Shown here: one piece after another, positions 39,462 through 49,268 of the stretch
Numbering within the stretch: the first letter of the stretch is position 1
Layout: each line of letters begins with the position of its first letter
Source: an uncultured bacterium
GTDB taxonomy: Bacteria; Acidobacteriota; HRBIN11; JAKEFK01
Length of the DNA: 64,000 nucleotides
Assembly: GCA_963777505.1 (NCBI GenBank)
Contig: CAVZQN010000001.1
Location: forward strand, 192,001 to 256,000
Reading direction: 5' to 3'
Notes under the pieces: generated by a model
Database searches by the model: none
Told to the model about the DNA's origin: nothing
The model's input: the letters and a program-made list of their open reading frames with translations, nothing else
Position numbers and translations under genes: made by a program

Positions 39462-40178
39462 TTACCGCAGAGAGGCTAAAGATTTTACACGGAAATGAGT
39501 AGTGGTATCGTTCTCAAACAAATCCTGTGGTGAACCTGTAAGAATATTCTTTCCATCTTCAAGAACGACTACACTGTCGCAAAGGGTGACCATATCATCG
39601 GGATCATGACTCACATACAGGATCGGAATACGAGGCACATCACGGATCCACAAGATGAGCTCACGAATCTTTTGTTTTAGCTCAAGATTCAAATTGGACA
39701 ACGGTTCATCCATCAACAACAAGTCAGGAGAAGCAAGGACTGCACGTCCAAATGCGACCCTTTGTTTTTCGCCGCCGGAAAGCTGATCTACATTGCGATG
39801 TAAAAGCGGATCAAGCTCGAGAATTTTTACGAGCTCTTCAAAGGAAATGGATTTCGACTTATTTCGGGAATTGGAACCGTAATGAAGATTTGATTTCACA
39901 GAAAGATGCGGAAACAGTGCTAGATCCTGCGGCACGTATCCAATATTGCGCTGAAAAGCAGGAATAAAAATACCTTGCGATGTATCAACCAGAATTCTAT
40001 CGCCAAATTGAATTTTACCTTTTGCTGGCTTTCGGAAGCCCGCGATGAGCTCTAACAAGGTTGTCTTTCCTGCGCCTGAAATTCCAAAGACCCCTGCAAT
40101 CCTTCCATTCAAATTAAGATCGACACTTAAATGCAATTTGCCTGCGATATATTCAAGCTCACGAATTAAAAGGTTCAT
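39462..40178 (-). CDS. modC: Molybdate ABC transporter ATP-binding protein (short, no TOBE)
   Basis: GISGAGKTT, GYVPQDLALFPHL, LSGGEKQR, LLLMDEP, YVSH. Confidence 0.85.
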   Translation of the reverse strand: MNLLIRELEYIAGKLHLSVDLNLNGRIAGVFGISGAGKTTLLELIAGFRKPAKGKIQFGDRILVDTSQGIFIPAFQRNIGYVPQDLALFPHLSVKSNLHYGSNSRNKSKSISFEELVKILELDPLLHRNVDQLSGGEKQRVAFGRAVLASPDLLLMDEPLSNLNLELKQKIRELILWIRDVPRIPILYVSHDPDDMVTLCDSVVVLEDGKNILTGSPQDLFENDTTTHFRVKSLASLR

Positions 40179-40843
40179 GATTTTTTTCTTTTAAAATACT
40201 GCTCGCTTACCCAAAGAGTTACGAATGCCAGAACAACGGAATAAAAAAGCAACCGGAATGCATTCTCATCATGGCCCAGTTGGATTTCGTTATAGATCGA
40301 CACAGAAAGTGTCGCAGTTTTTCCGGGAATATTTCCTGCTACAAGAATCGTTGCGCCGAACTCACCTAACGCGCGTGCGAACGCAAGAACAAACCCGGCA
40401 ATGATTCCACGTTTTGCAAGAGGCAAAGTAATTGAAGTAAAAACCCGGAAAGGTCTCGCGCCTAAACTGTATGCCACCTGTTCAAGTCGTGGGTTTACTT
40501 CCTCAAATGCAACACGCGCTGCTCGAACAAGTAATGGAAAGGACATGACAGCCATCGCAAGAACAACTGCTTTCCAGGTAAAAACGATATTGATCCCAGA
40601 CCATTCAAGAAGCGATGATCCAAACCATCCTTTTCTTCCAACAAGACGCAGCAGAATTAAACCGGTAGCAACAGGAGGCATTACAAGAGGAAGTGTGATG
40701 ATCGTTTCAAAAAGGCTTTTGCCGCGAAAGGAAAAGCGTGCAAGGAGCCAGGCGGCAAACACTCCTACAGGCAAGATTAATATAGCTGCAAAAAACGCGG
40801 TTCGTATGCTAAACCATACAATCTGCCAGTCGGAAATGTTCAT
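40175..40843 (-). CDS. modB: Molybdate ABC transporter permease
   Basis: LPLVMPPVATG, FARALGEFGATILVAGNIPG. Confidence 0.93.
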   Translation of the reverse strand: MNISDWQIVWFSIRTAFFAAILILPVGVFAAWLLARFSFRGKSLFETIITLPLVMPPVATGLILLRLVGRKGWFGSSLLEWSGINIVFTWKAVVLAMAVMSFPLLVRAARVAFEEVNPRLEQVAYSLGARPFRVFTSITLPLAKRGIIAGFVLAFARALGEFGATILVAGNIPGKTATLSVSIYNEIQLGHDENAFRLLFYSVVLAFVTLWVSEQYFKRKKS

Positions 40844-40883
40844 GCAGGTGAATTTATTGGCTCAACCGCCAAGACGCCAAGTT

Positions 40884-40926
40884 AAAAAAAAAGACCTTCC
40901 GCTTCGTTTGAAACGGAAGGCCTTTT
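40884..40926 (-). terminator. Intrinsic terminator of the RRM gene
   Basis: CCTTCCG...CGGAAGG hairpin followed by a 9-T run on minus. Confidence 0.7.
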
Positions 40927-40934
40927 GGAAAAAA

Positions 40935-41258
40935 TTACCAGCGCGGCTCTCTTTTTTGGTAACCGCCGCCACGGCCGCCACCACCACCACCACCACCGAA
41001 GGATTTCTTTTCCTGCGGGCGTGATTCGTTTACAACGAGATTACGTCCACCTAATGAGTAGCCATTGAAGCGCTTAATAGCTTCCGCTGCTTGTTCTTCA
41101 GTAGACATTTCTACGAAGCCAAAGCCACGGGATTGATTTGTGAATTTGTCGTGAATGATGTTAGCCGAAACGACTTCACCTGCCTGAGAGAAAAGTTCAC
41201 GAACTTCTTCCACATCTGTGTTGTAGGAAAGACCGCCTACGAAAAGTTTCTTCTGCAA
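40935..41258 (-). CDS. RRM RNA-binding protein with Gly-rich tail
   Basis: KLFVGGL (RNP2), RGFGFVEM (RNP1), LVVNES, GGGG tail; AGGAG SD, TTG start. Confidence 0.93.
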   Translation of the reverse strand: MQKKLFVGGLSYNTDVEEVRELFSQAGEVVSANIIHDKFTNQSRGFGFVEMSTEEQAAEAIKRFNGYSLGGRNLVVNESRPQEKKSFGGGGGGGGRGGGYQKREPRW

Positions 41259-41543
41259 AGTAAGATACTCCTAAATTTTTTTTCAAAACCGAAAGATTTT
41301 TGAAGGTTGACCGCACTTCATCAGGATCGCGGCCCATCAACAACAGGGCAGGATTCTCCGAGTAGCGGAAAGCGTTCAAGAATGGTACTTCCAGTCTAAA
41401 TGTTTCGCGACAGTTCATTCTGCCGCGTAATTAAGTTATTACGAATCGTAGTCAGTTGCAAGTGTCATCTTCGAGAGAGACTCAGAGAAGCGGGCTGCGA
41501 ACAGCTTTATCGGCGGGAATGTGATATAACAAAAGCCTTGCCA

Positions 41544-42650
41544 ATGGCTCAGATCATTCTCGAACTGCTCAGCGTGACAAAGCGTTTCGGAAACTTTACA
41601 GCAGTTGACAATGTTAACCTTCAAATTGAACGAGGAGAATTCTTTTCCCTTTTAGGCCCAAGTGGTTGTGGCAAAACGACCTTATTACGCATGATTGCGG
41701 GGTTTGAAACGACAACCGAAGGTCAAATCCTTATTAATAATGAAGACATTGCCGGGCTGCCTCCTTATAAACGCCCGGTCAATACCGTCTTTCAACATTA
41801 CGCATTGTTCCCTCATCTAAATGTCTATCAGAATGTCGCTTTTGGACTGGAGCGCAAAGGTCTTTCAGCCGATGAGGTTAAAAAAGCGGTAGGCGAAGCT
41901 CTCGAACAAATGCGCCTTATTGGTTTTGAAAAGAGGCGTCCTTCGCAATTGAGTGGCGGACAAAAACAACGAGTCGCATTAGCAAGGGCGCTTGTTTTAA
42001 GGCCGCAGGTCCTTCTGCTAGATGAACCGCTCGGAGCGCTGGATATGAAACTTCGCAAAGAAATGCAGGTTGAATTGAAAAACCTTCAGGAGCGGTTGAA
42101 GATCACATTTATTTTCGTGACTCACGATCAGGAAGAAGCGCTGGTTATGTCCGATCGCATTGGCGTGATGAATGTCGGAAAACTGGAACAAGTTGGTAAG
42201 AGTTGTTCAGAAATTTTTGAAAGACCACGGACTGAATTTGTGGCCAACTTTATGGGGGCAACGAATCTATTCGAAGCTACGCTTTCGAAAAAGAATGATA
42301 GGAATTACTTAAGCATGGCTGATGGCATTCAATTTGAGACGAATTCGAATGGACATAGTGAAGGACCTGTAAAATTTATAATCAGGCCCGAAAAATTGAT
42401 TCTCTCCGCTGAGCCGATTCCGGATCGGATTAGCCTTAAAGTCAAAATTGTAGATGAAGTGTTTCAAGGACAGGTTACAACCTGGGTTGTTGAACATGCC
42501 GGGAAAATTTTCACGGTGCTCGAACAAAACAGCAAAGTTACTGATGAAATGGGACGCTTCTCCCGCGGCGATTCAGCATATGTTTCCTGGAATCCAAAGC
42601 ATGCTGTAGTGCTTGAAGATCCGATGAAGCAGTCCGCAGAAATAAAATGA
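41544..42650 (+). CDS. potA: Spermidine/putrescine ABC transporter ATP-binding protein
   Basis: GPSGCGKTT, RPVNTVFQHYALFPHL, LSGGQKQR, VTHDQEEA, TOBE tail. Confidence 0.9.
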   Translation: MAQIILELLSVTKRFGNFTAVDNVNLQIERGEFFSLLGPSGCGKTTLLRMIAGFETTTEGQILINNEDIAGLPPYKRPVNTVFQHYALFPHLNVYQNVAFGLERKGLSADEVKKAVGEALEQMRLIGFEKRRPSQLSGGQKQRVALARALVLRPQVLLLDEPLGALDMKLRKEMQVELKNLQERLKITFIFVTHDQEEALVMSDRIGVMNVGKLEQVGKSCSEIFERPRTEFVANFMGATNLFEATLSKKNDRNYLSMADGIQFETNSNGHSEGPVKFIIRPEKLILSAEPIPDRISLKVKIVDEVFQGQVTTWVVEHAGKIFTVLEQNSKVTDEMGRFSRGDSAYVSWNPKHAVVLEDPMKQSAEIK

Positions 42651-43564
42651 CACATGCCTTAATCCATTTCTTTCAACGCTTCCCTACCCTGCGGCCGTAC
42701 ACACTACTCTCACTGGCAATATTAGTTCTAGGAATTTTCTTCTTTTTTCCACTGCTGATTATGCTGCTCTATAGTTTTGCCCAACGCGACACTTACGGCG
42801 GAATCAAGGTGATTCAGGATTTCGGCGCGTATCTGAAATCAATGAATTGGCTTAATAACTACATTCGTTCTTTTGAACCGATTTATCTAGAAATTTATTT
42901 CCGATCGCTCTGGATGGCTGTTCTAACTACAATTCTGTGTTTGATCATCGGTTATCCAATCGCATACTTTATTGCTCTCCGAACAAAGCCAAGCTTGAAG
43001 AACACACTTTTGACACTTGTGATCATTCCGTTCTGGACTTCATTTCTGATCCGCACGTATGCATGGGTCATCATTCTTCGAAGCGAAGGTTTAATCAATC
43101 AGTTCCTGATCGGCGCCGGTCTAATCTCGAGCCCGATTGAGACTCTTTTGTATTCTGAATTTGCAGTGATGCTCGGTCTTGTTTATGGCGAATTGCCTTT
43201 CATGATCCTTCCTCTATATGCATCAATCGAAAAACTGGATACGTCATTACTTGAAGCGGCAAACGATCTTGGTGCAAACAGCTTTTGGACATTCTTCAAA
43301 GTCACTGTTCCTTTGACAATGCCTGGAATTGCAGCCGGAATCATACTTGTTTTCATTCCAACTATTGGAACCTTTATCACTCCCGATCTTCTAGGCGGAG
43401 CTAAAAGCATTCTTGTGGGAAATCTCGTCCAAAATCAATTTGCAATTGCGCGCGATAAACCTTTTGGTGCTGCAATTTGTTTCGGGCTTACTGCTTTTGT
43501 GTTAATTGTTTTGTATTTTTACTCAAGACACTCTTCAAAAAGAGAAAAGGCGATCTTTGTATGA
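42647..43564 (+). CDS. potB: Polyamine ABC transporter permease
   Basis: PFWTSFLIRTYAW, LPFMILPLY, EAANDLGA. Confidence 0.9.
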   Translation: MTHALIHFFQRFPTLRPYTLLSLAILVLGIFFFFPLLIMLLYSFAQRDTYGGIKVIQDFGAYLKSMNWLNNYIRSFEPIYLEIYFRSLWMAVLTTILCLIIGYPIAYFIALRTKPSLKNTLLTLVIIPFWTSFLIRTYAWVIILRSEGLINQFLIGAGLISSPIETLLYSEFAVMLGLVYGELPFMILPLYASIEKLDTSLLEAANDLGANSFWTFFKVTVPLTMPGIAAGIILVFIPTIGTFITPDLLGGAKSILVGNLVQNQFAIARDKPFGAAICFGLTAFVLIVLYFYSRHSSKREKAIFV

Positions 43565-44340
43565 ACCAGAGCCGGTTGTCTCGATCATTTCTGGTTTCTG
43601 AATCATTCCTGGTTTATGCCTTCTTATATGCGCCAATCATAATTCTTGTCATCTACTCGTTTAACAGTTCGCGATATTCAGTCTGGGAAGGCTTTAGTCT
43701 TCAGTGGTACAAAAGCTTGTTCCACAATCAATTGATACTACGCGCTTTGCGGAACAGCCTGATTGTTGCTGTAGCGTCTACCATCTTTTCTGCGATCATC
43801 GGCACTCTTGCAGCGCTCGGGATGCAGCGATTTGAATTTCGTGGAAAGAAAGGGATGGAAGCACTTTTCTACTTGCCTGTCATCATTCCCGAAATCGTGA
43901 TGGCAGCATCGCTTGTGATTTTTTTTGGCTTCGTCAAGATGACACTCGGAATGAACACAATCATTCTGGCTCATGTGGCCTTTTGTGTGTCCTATGTTGT
44001 GATAGTTGTCAGGGCGCGCCTGGAAGGATTTGATAGAACGCTTGAAGAAGCGGCAATGGATCTTGGCGCAAATGAAATTCAAACCTTTTTCCGTGTCACG
44101 CTTCCTTTAATCGCTCCTGGCATTTTGTCAGGCGCGCTACTTGCTTTTACCCTTTCAATTGATGATTACATCATTACATCGTTTGTCGCCGGTGTAGGTT
44201 CCACCACACTACCACTTCAGATTTATTCCATGGTAAAAACAAAAGTGACTCCGGAAATTAATGCGGTATCAACCTTGTTGCTAATCCCAACAATTTTGCT
44301 GATTATTCTCTCGGACAGGCTTCAGAGAGGAGAGAAATGA
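43561..44340 (+). CDS. potC: Polyamine ABC transporter permease
   Basis: FLYAPI..YSFN, FSLQWY, EEAAMDLGA, SIDD, PEINA. Confidence 0.9.
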   Translation: MNQSRLSRSFLVSESFLVYAFLYAPIIILVIYSFNSSRYSVWEGFSLQWYKSLFHNQLILRALRNSLIVAVASTIFSAIIGTLAALGMQRFEFRGKKGMEALFYLPVIIPEIVMAASLVIFFGFVKMTLGMNTIILAHVAFCVSYVVIVVRARLEGFDRTLEEAAMDLGANEIQTFFRVTLPLIAPGILSGALLAFTLSIDDYIITSFVAGVGSTTLPLQIYSMVKTKVTPEINAVSTLLLIPTILLIILSDRLQRGEK

Positions 44341-45392
44341 AATCAAACAGGTCTTTACTTTGGAGAGTGCTTTCAGTTGCTTTAGTCATATTTGTTGCAG
44401 GATGTTCAGGAAAAAATGGAGATACAACTGAAAAGCGTCTGAATCTTTACATCTGGTCAGCCTATGTTTCGGACGAAACCCTTGCAAAATTTGAAAAAGA
44501 TACGGGAATCAGAGTCCGATATGACACCTATGATTCGAACGAAGCTTTGCTCGAAAAAATGCAATCAGGTGTGGCTGATTACGATGTAATTGTTCCTTCG
44601 GATTACATGGTTCGGATCATGCGTCATCAAAATCTTCTTGAAAAAATTGATTTGAATCGCCTGCCGAACTTCAAAAACATAGGGCAGAAATTTCGGAACA
44701 TGTCTTATGATCCGAATAATGCTCACTCGATTCCATTTCTATGGGGAACAGCTGGTATCGGCTATAACAAAACTAAAGTAACAGAACCTGTCGATTCGTG
44801 GTCAATTTTATGGAATCCAAAATATAAAAATCGGATCTTAATGCTTGAAGATCAGCGTGAAACTTTCGGCGTCGCTCTAAAATGGAAAGGACATTCGATC
44901 AATACGAAAGACATTGCACAATTAGAAGAAGCTAAAAGCCTGCTTATTTTGCAAAAACCGCTTGTTAAAACTTATAGCAGTTCGAATTTTGATGAAATTC
45001 TTCTAAGTGGAGATGTGTGGCTGGCACATGGCTGGAGCGGACAGTTAGCAAAAGCAGCGGATCAAAATAAGAATCTTGCCTATGTTATTCCAAAGGAAGG
45101 TTCCACACTTTGGGTTGATAATCTAGCGATGCCCCTTTCTGCGAAACACAAAGAAGAAGCGTATGCTTTTTTGAACTATTTTCTTGATGCTGCAGTGGCC
45201 GCTGAAGTCACAAATTATTCGGGATACGCAAACCCGAATGAAGCAGCAAAGCCGTTCATAAAACCAGAAATATTGAATGATCCAGCGCGATATCCCAGTG
45301 ATGAAGTTCTGGCCAAATGCGAACTTCTGATGGATTTGGGCGAAACCTCTCAAACGCTGGATCGCATGTGGACCGAAGTGAAGTCTAGATGA
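44337..45392 (+). CDS. potD: Polyamine ABC transporter substrate-binding lipoprotein
   Basis: Lipobox VAGC; YIWSAY, YDSNE, YDVIVPSDY, WGTAGI, WSG, PKEG..WVD. Confidence 0.88.
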   Translation: MKSNRSLLWRVLSVALVIFVAGCSGKNGDTTEKRLNLYIWSAYVSDETLAKFEKDTGIRVRYDTYDSNEALLEKMQSGVADYDVIVPSDYMVRIMRHQNLLEKIDLNRLPNFKNIGQKFRNMSYDPNNAHSIPFLWGTAGIGYNKTKVTEPVDSWSILWNPKYKNRILMLEDQRETFGVALKWKGHSINTKDIAQLEEAKSLLILQKPLVKTYSSSNFDEILLSGDVWLAHGWSGQLAKAADQNKNLAYVIPKEGSTLWVDNLAMPLSAKHKEEAYAFLNYFLDAAVAAEVTNYSGYANPNEAAKPFIKPEILNDPARYPSDEVLAKCELLMDLGETSQTLDRMWTEVKSR

Positions 45393-45396
45393 TCTA

Positions 45397-45544
45397 AGAT
45401 TTCAGATGTTAGATTTCAGATTGAAATTTTAGATTTTAGGATTGATAGAACCTTAGTGGATGGAGAAAATTCTTAACCAACCAAAGTCTTTCTATCAATC
45501 TATAATCCTTCAATTCTCGAAGTCTGAAATCTGAAATCTAAAAT
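45397..45544. repeat. Inverted arrays of AGATTTC/GAAATCT heptamers
   Basis: Left arm AGATTTC-AGATGTT-AGATTTC-AGATTGA...GATTGATAGAA; right arm TTCTATCAATC...TGAAATC-TGAAATCT. Confidence 0.75.
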
Positions 45545-45552
45545 GGTGAAGA

Positions 45553-47023
45553 ATGGTAGGACATTGGATCAACGGAAAATTCGTAGATAGCGCATCCGGA
45601 CAAACGTTTCCGGTTGTTAATCCAGCAACGGAAGAAGTCATAGATCATGCAGCGCGTGGAAATGCTGAAGATGCAGATCGCGCCACTGAAGCTGCTTACG
45701 CTGCATTTGCTCATTGGAAAAAGACTCCCGGGCTCGAACGAGCCGAACAAATGCACGAATTTGCGCGACGTCTCCGCGCAAAATAATCGCAAGATTGCAG
45801 AACTTCTGACACGTGAAGGCGGCAAACCTCTAATTGAAAATCTGGATGAAATTGAATGGGTTGCCGCGTGTTTTGATTATTACGCCGAAATTGGACGCGA
45901 TCATAAAGGGAAAGTTCTTGGTCCTGTTGCGCATCACCAGTTGAACTTCACCTTAAAAGAACCGTACGGTGTGGTTGTCACGATCGTGCCATGGAATTAT
46001 CCGCTTCTTTTGATGAGCTGGAAGGTTGCAGCTGCGCTTGCAGCAGGAAACACAGTCATTATTAAACCTTCTGAATTCACACCGCTTTCAACTCTTGCTC
46101 TTTCTGAAATGTTTGAGGCTTTTCCTCCAGGTGTTGTCAATATTATTTCCGGTTACGGAAAAGAAGCCGGCGAACCACTTGTAAAACATCCAAAGGTAAG
46201 CAAGATTGCATTCACAGGCGGGATTGATACTGGACGCAAAATTGCTGTTTGGGCCGCCGAAAATTTGAAAAAAGTTTCACTGGAGCTAAGCGGCAATGAT
46301 CCGTTAATCGTTTGTGATGATGTTGATCTTGATATAGCCGTTCGCGGAGCGGCATGGGCATGCTATTTAAATATGGGACAGGTCTGCACTTCTGCAGAAC
46401 GTATTTACGTATTTGAAAATGTTGCTGATAAGTTCATTCAGAAATTTGTAGATTTTACTCGCACATTGCGAATCGGAAATCCAATGGGTCCCGATGTTGA
46501 TTTAGGACCGATGGTCAATGCCGATCAGCGCAGAAAAGTGGAAGAGAAACTTGAACGCGCAAAGAAAGCGGGAGCTGAAGTACTCATTGGCGGCAAAAGG
46601 CCTGACGGTTTTTCAAAAGGTTTCTACCTGGAGCCGTCCGTTGTTACAGGCGTAAATCATGATATGGAGATCATGAAAACAGAAACATTCGGTCCCATTG
46701 CTCCAATTATGCCTGTCAAAAATATTGAAGAAGCGGTCCGGCTTGCGGATGATTCCGATTTTGGTTTAGGTGCAAGTATTTATACAAACAATTTGGAATA
46801 TGCCATGTATGCAATGGAAAACATTCATGCCGGTACTTTCTGGATCAATGATCCACTTACCGATAATGATGCAGGCCCGTTTGGTGGTATGAGGTTAAGC
46901 GGACAAAATCGCGAACTAGGAATGGAAGGTCTCGATAATTTCCGCGATGTGAAACACGTTCACCTCGATTACAAAATCGAACCCAAAGCATACTGGTATC
47001 CATACAAATGGAAATTGGAGTAG
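45553..47023 (+). CDS. Aldehyde dehydrogenase (candidate 4-aminobutyraldehyde dehydrogenase); 1-nt frameshift near 45780
   Basis: HWINGKF..NPATEE in 45553-45786; PWNYP, KPSE, FTGG, LELSG, GQVC, ETFGP in the second frame; one extra base around GCAAAATAAT. Confidence 0.88.
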
Positions 47024-47027
47024 CACG

Positions 47028-47049
47028 TGGCGCGGACGTCCCGTCCGCG
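47028..47049. repeat. Single GCGGACGTCCCGTCCGC palindrome (same family as 37954)
   Basis: Identical core to the first unit at 37954; lies between convergent stop codons. Confidence 0.7.
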
Positions 47050-47050
47050 A

Positions 47051-49051
47051 TCAGTTCGGCTTCACACCAACAGCACGATATAGCTCGGCGGCATCATACA
47101 TAACACCACCCTTAATCACCGTTTCCACGTTTCGTATATCGCTGATATTTTTTGTGGGATCACCATCAATAACAATCATGTCGGCCAGTTTTCTCTTTGT
47201 AATCGATCCGAGCTCGTTGTCCTTTCGTGCTATTCGAGCCGCTGTGAGAGTCGCAATTTGAAGTACCTTTGCTGGTGGAATTCCGGAAGCGGCATAGAGT
47301 TCCAATTCGCGATGTAAAGTAAAGCCCGGAGTGCTGTCGGTACCTGCTACAACTGTAATATTATTCCTATAGAGCTCACCTACCAGATCCACCATCTTTT
47401 GAAATGAATCGTGATAAAGCTTTTCCTTACCTTCAGGGATTGGAAAACCGCCGGAAAGAAACTGGCGTCTCACCTGCGGCGGAAGCCTCGGTACAACAGA
47501 CTTGTATCCTTCGAGGACTTCACCTGGTTTCGAGGTAAGGATCACTTCAAAGATCGAGACAGTAGGATCGATTGTAATTTGCTTTTCTTTTAACAGATTA
47601 AGGAATGATTTCCATTTGTCCGATTTAAGATCCATTCCAGCTGCATTTTCTGCTACAGCTGTAAAACGTAAAGGTGTCCGGGTGTCTTTTGCAATATCAA
47701 ACAGGAAATTCAGAAACAGCATATTTGCATGTTGAATTTCATTGTAACCAGCATTCACAGCTTGCTCTGCAGTCATAAATGCAGGAATATGCCCACTGAC
47801 TCGCATGCCATGTTTGCGGGCTTGATCCACGATTGCCGGCACTAGTTCCGGTTTCAATGAGCTATATAACTTGATTTGGATACATCCAAGTTTTGCATAC
47901 TTATCGACTTCGGCCCGGGCTTGCTCTTCGGTATCTACAAGAACTTTCGAAGGTCCTGCATAAGGGCCTGGGCCATCAATGAAGCCGGCCATGACTATTC
48001 TGGGTCCGATTAGTTCACCTGAATCAAATTTCTGTCTGGTTCGAATTAATTCCTGCGTATCGTTTGCAAGATCACGAACTGCTGTCACACCGGCAGCTAA
48101 ATGCAACAAACCGTCAGAACTTCCTATGTGTACATGCATGTCCCATAATCCAGGCATTACAAATTTGCCGTGGAGATCGATCACTTTTGTTTTAAATGGC
48201 GCTTTCAACTCTGCATCGACTCCGACAGCGCGGATTTTATTTCCTTCGATCAAGATTGATTGCCCTGTTTTTGTTTCACCCGTTTCCGAATCGAAAAGCC
48301 GCGCATTCCGAAGCATCAACGCCTGGTATGATTTTTTTCCAAGCTCTTTTGCTAATCGCGCAAGCCGAGCCGACTGTGCATCCTCCTGAGCTTTCAGGAT
48401 TGCTTCCATCGATTTCTCAAATCCTTTCCGTACGACAAAAAAGAAACTTCCGCCTGTAGCAAAGAAATTTTGATCGGCATCCAACCAGATGGTGGCTGGA
48501 ACAAAATCCAATCCACGAATCGCATACTGAAAGACTTTTGATTTCGCGCCGTCCGCTTCGACTTCAAGTTCCCCAGATTTTTCAAGGCTTGCTTCACCTT
48601 CCGGGAGCAAACCTAGTTTTTGTTCCGGAGCTTTCAATAACGCTTTTACAAGGAGTGCAATTTCGAAAGGCACCCCCGTTTGGCTTATGTAGAATTCATT
48701 CCCTTGAAATTCTTTTTCACCCTGCTCTGCTTCATTTTTCCAGGCCGCCCTTGTGCCGGTTACCTTAAATGTTTCAGTGATGGGCGTCTTAAAATAATTA
48801 TTGCCAGTGTTTTCGATGCTTACCGGTACTCCTTTTTCATTCAAAACAATACGAGTAGAAAGTTTGGGTCCTCTTCCTCGATCGTTGTATTCATATGAGA
48901 TTTGGAATTCAGAACCTGTAGCTACATTAATGCTTTGAAAACCCGCGGGATTGCCCCCACTGAGCACCGTATATTGCAAAGGCGACGAGGAATCAGAAGT
49001 GCTTGAAAACAAAGCAGATATGACAATAATAAGCAGTAAAAAACGAGGCAT
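47051..49051 (-). CDS. Secreted amidohydrolase family protein
   Basis: GGAGG SD, signal peptide; PGLWDMHVH, QIKLY, SGH, EIQH, AGTD, ADMIVIDGDP. Confidence 0.87.
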   Translation of the reverse strand: MPRFLLLIIVISALFSSTSDSSSPLQYTVLSGGNPAGFQSINVATGSEFQISYEYNDRGRGPKLSTRIVLNEKGVPVSIENTGNNYFKTPITETFKVTGTRAAWKNEAEQGEKEFQGNEFYISQTGVPFEIALLVKALLKAPEQKLGLLPEGEASLEKSGELEVEADGAKSKVFQYAIRGLDFVPATIWLDADQNFFATGGSFFFVVRKGFEKSMEAILKAQEDAQSARLARLAKELGKKSYQALMLRNARLFDSETGETKTGQSILIEGNKIRAVGVDAELKAPFKTKVIDLHGKFVMPGLWDMHVHIGSSDGLLHLAAGVTAVRDLANDTQELIRTRQKFDSGELIGPRIVMAGFIDGPGPYAGPSKVLVDTEEQARAEVDKYAKLGCIQIKLYSSLKPELVPAIVDQARKHGMRVSGHIPAFMTAEQAVNAGYNEIQHANMLFLNFLFDIAKDTRTPLRFTAVAENAAGMDLKSDKWKSFLNLLKEKQITIDPTVSIFEVILTSKPGEVLEGYKSVVPRLPPQVRRQFLSGGFPIPEGKEKLYHDSFQKMVDLVGELYRNNITVVAGTDSTPGFTLHRELELYAASGIPPAKVLQIATLTAARIARKDNELGSITKRKLADMIVIDGDPTKNISDIRNVETVIKGGVMYDAAELYRAVGVKPN

Positions 49052-49268
49052 GTTAGGCTCCTCCATCAGGGATTTTATTGTACTCCGAATTTAGGAAAGT
49101 CATTCGGTTTGGGTTATAATTATTGCGTTAGTGTTAATGAATTAGGTGGAAAAACGTCAAGGATGAACGTTCAGGTTCTATAGCGTTAAGCGACTTCCCG
49201 GATCCACACCCCCCACGGCGTCGCGAGACGCTGTCTAGATCTCTGGCTTTGTAGTTCTAAGGCTTTGT

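Noticed and set aside
40401-41024. 207-aa plus-strand ORF
   Set aside because: Antisense to modB and the RRM gene, and crosses a terminator
45397-45544. Diversity-generating retroelement component
   Set aside because: No reverse transcriptase, Avd or TR/VR pair in the window
45775-45790. Programmed ribosomal frameshift in the ALDH (and lrp) gene
   Set aside because: No canonical slippery heptamer with downstream structure; similar single indels recur across unrelated genes
49170-49216. tRNA- or tmRNA-like sequence ending in CCA
   Set aside because: No cloverleaf or TTCGA T-loop could be built
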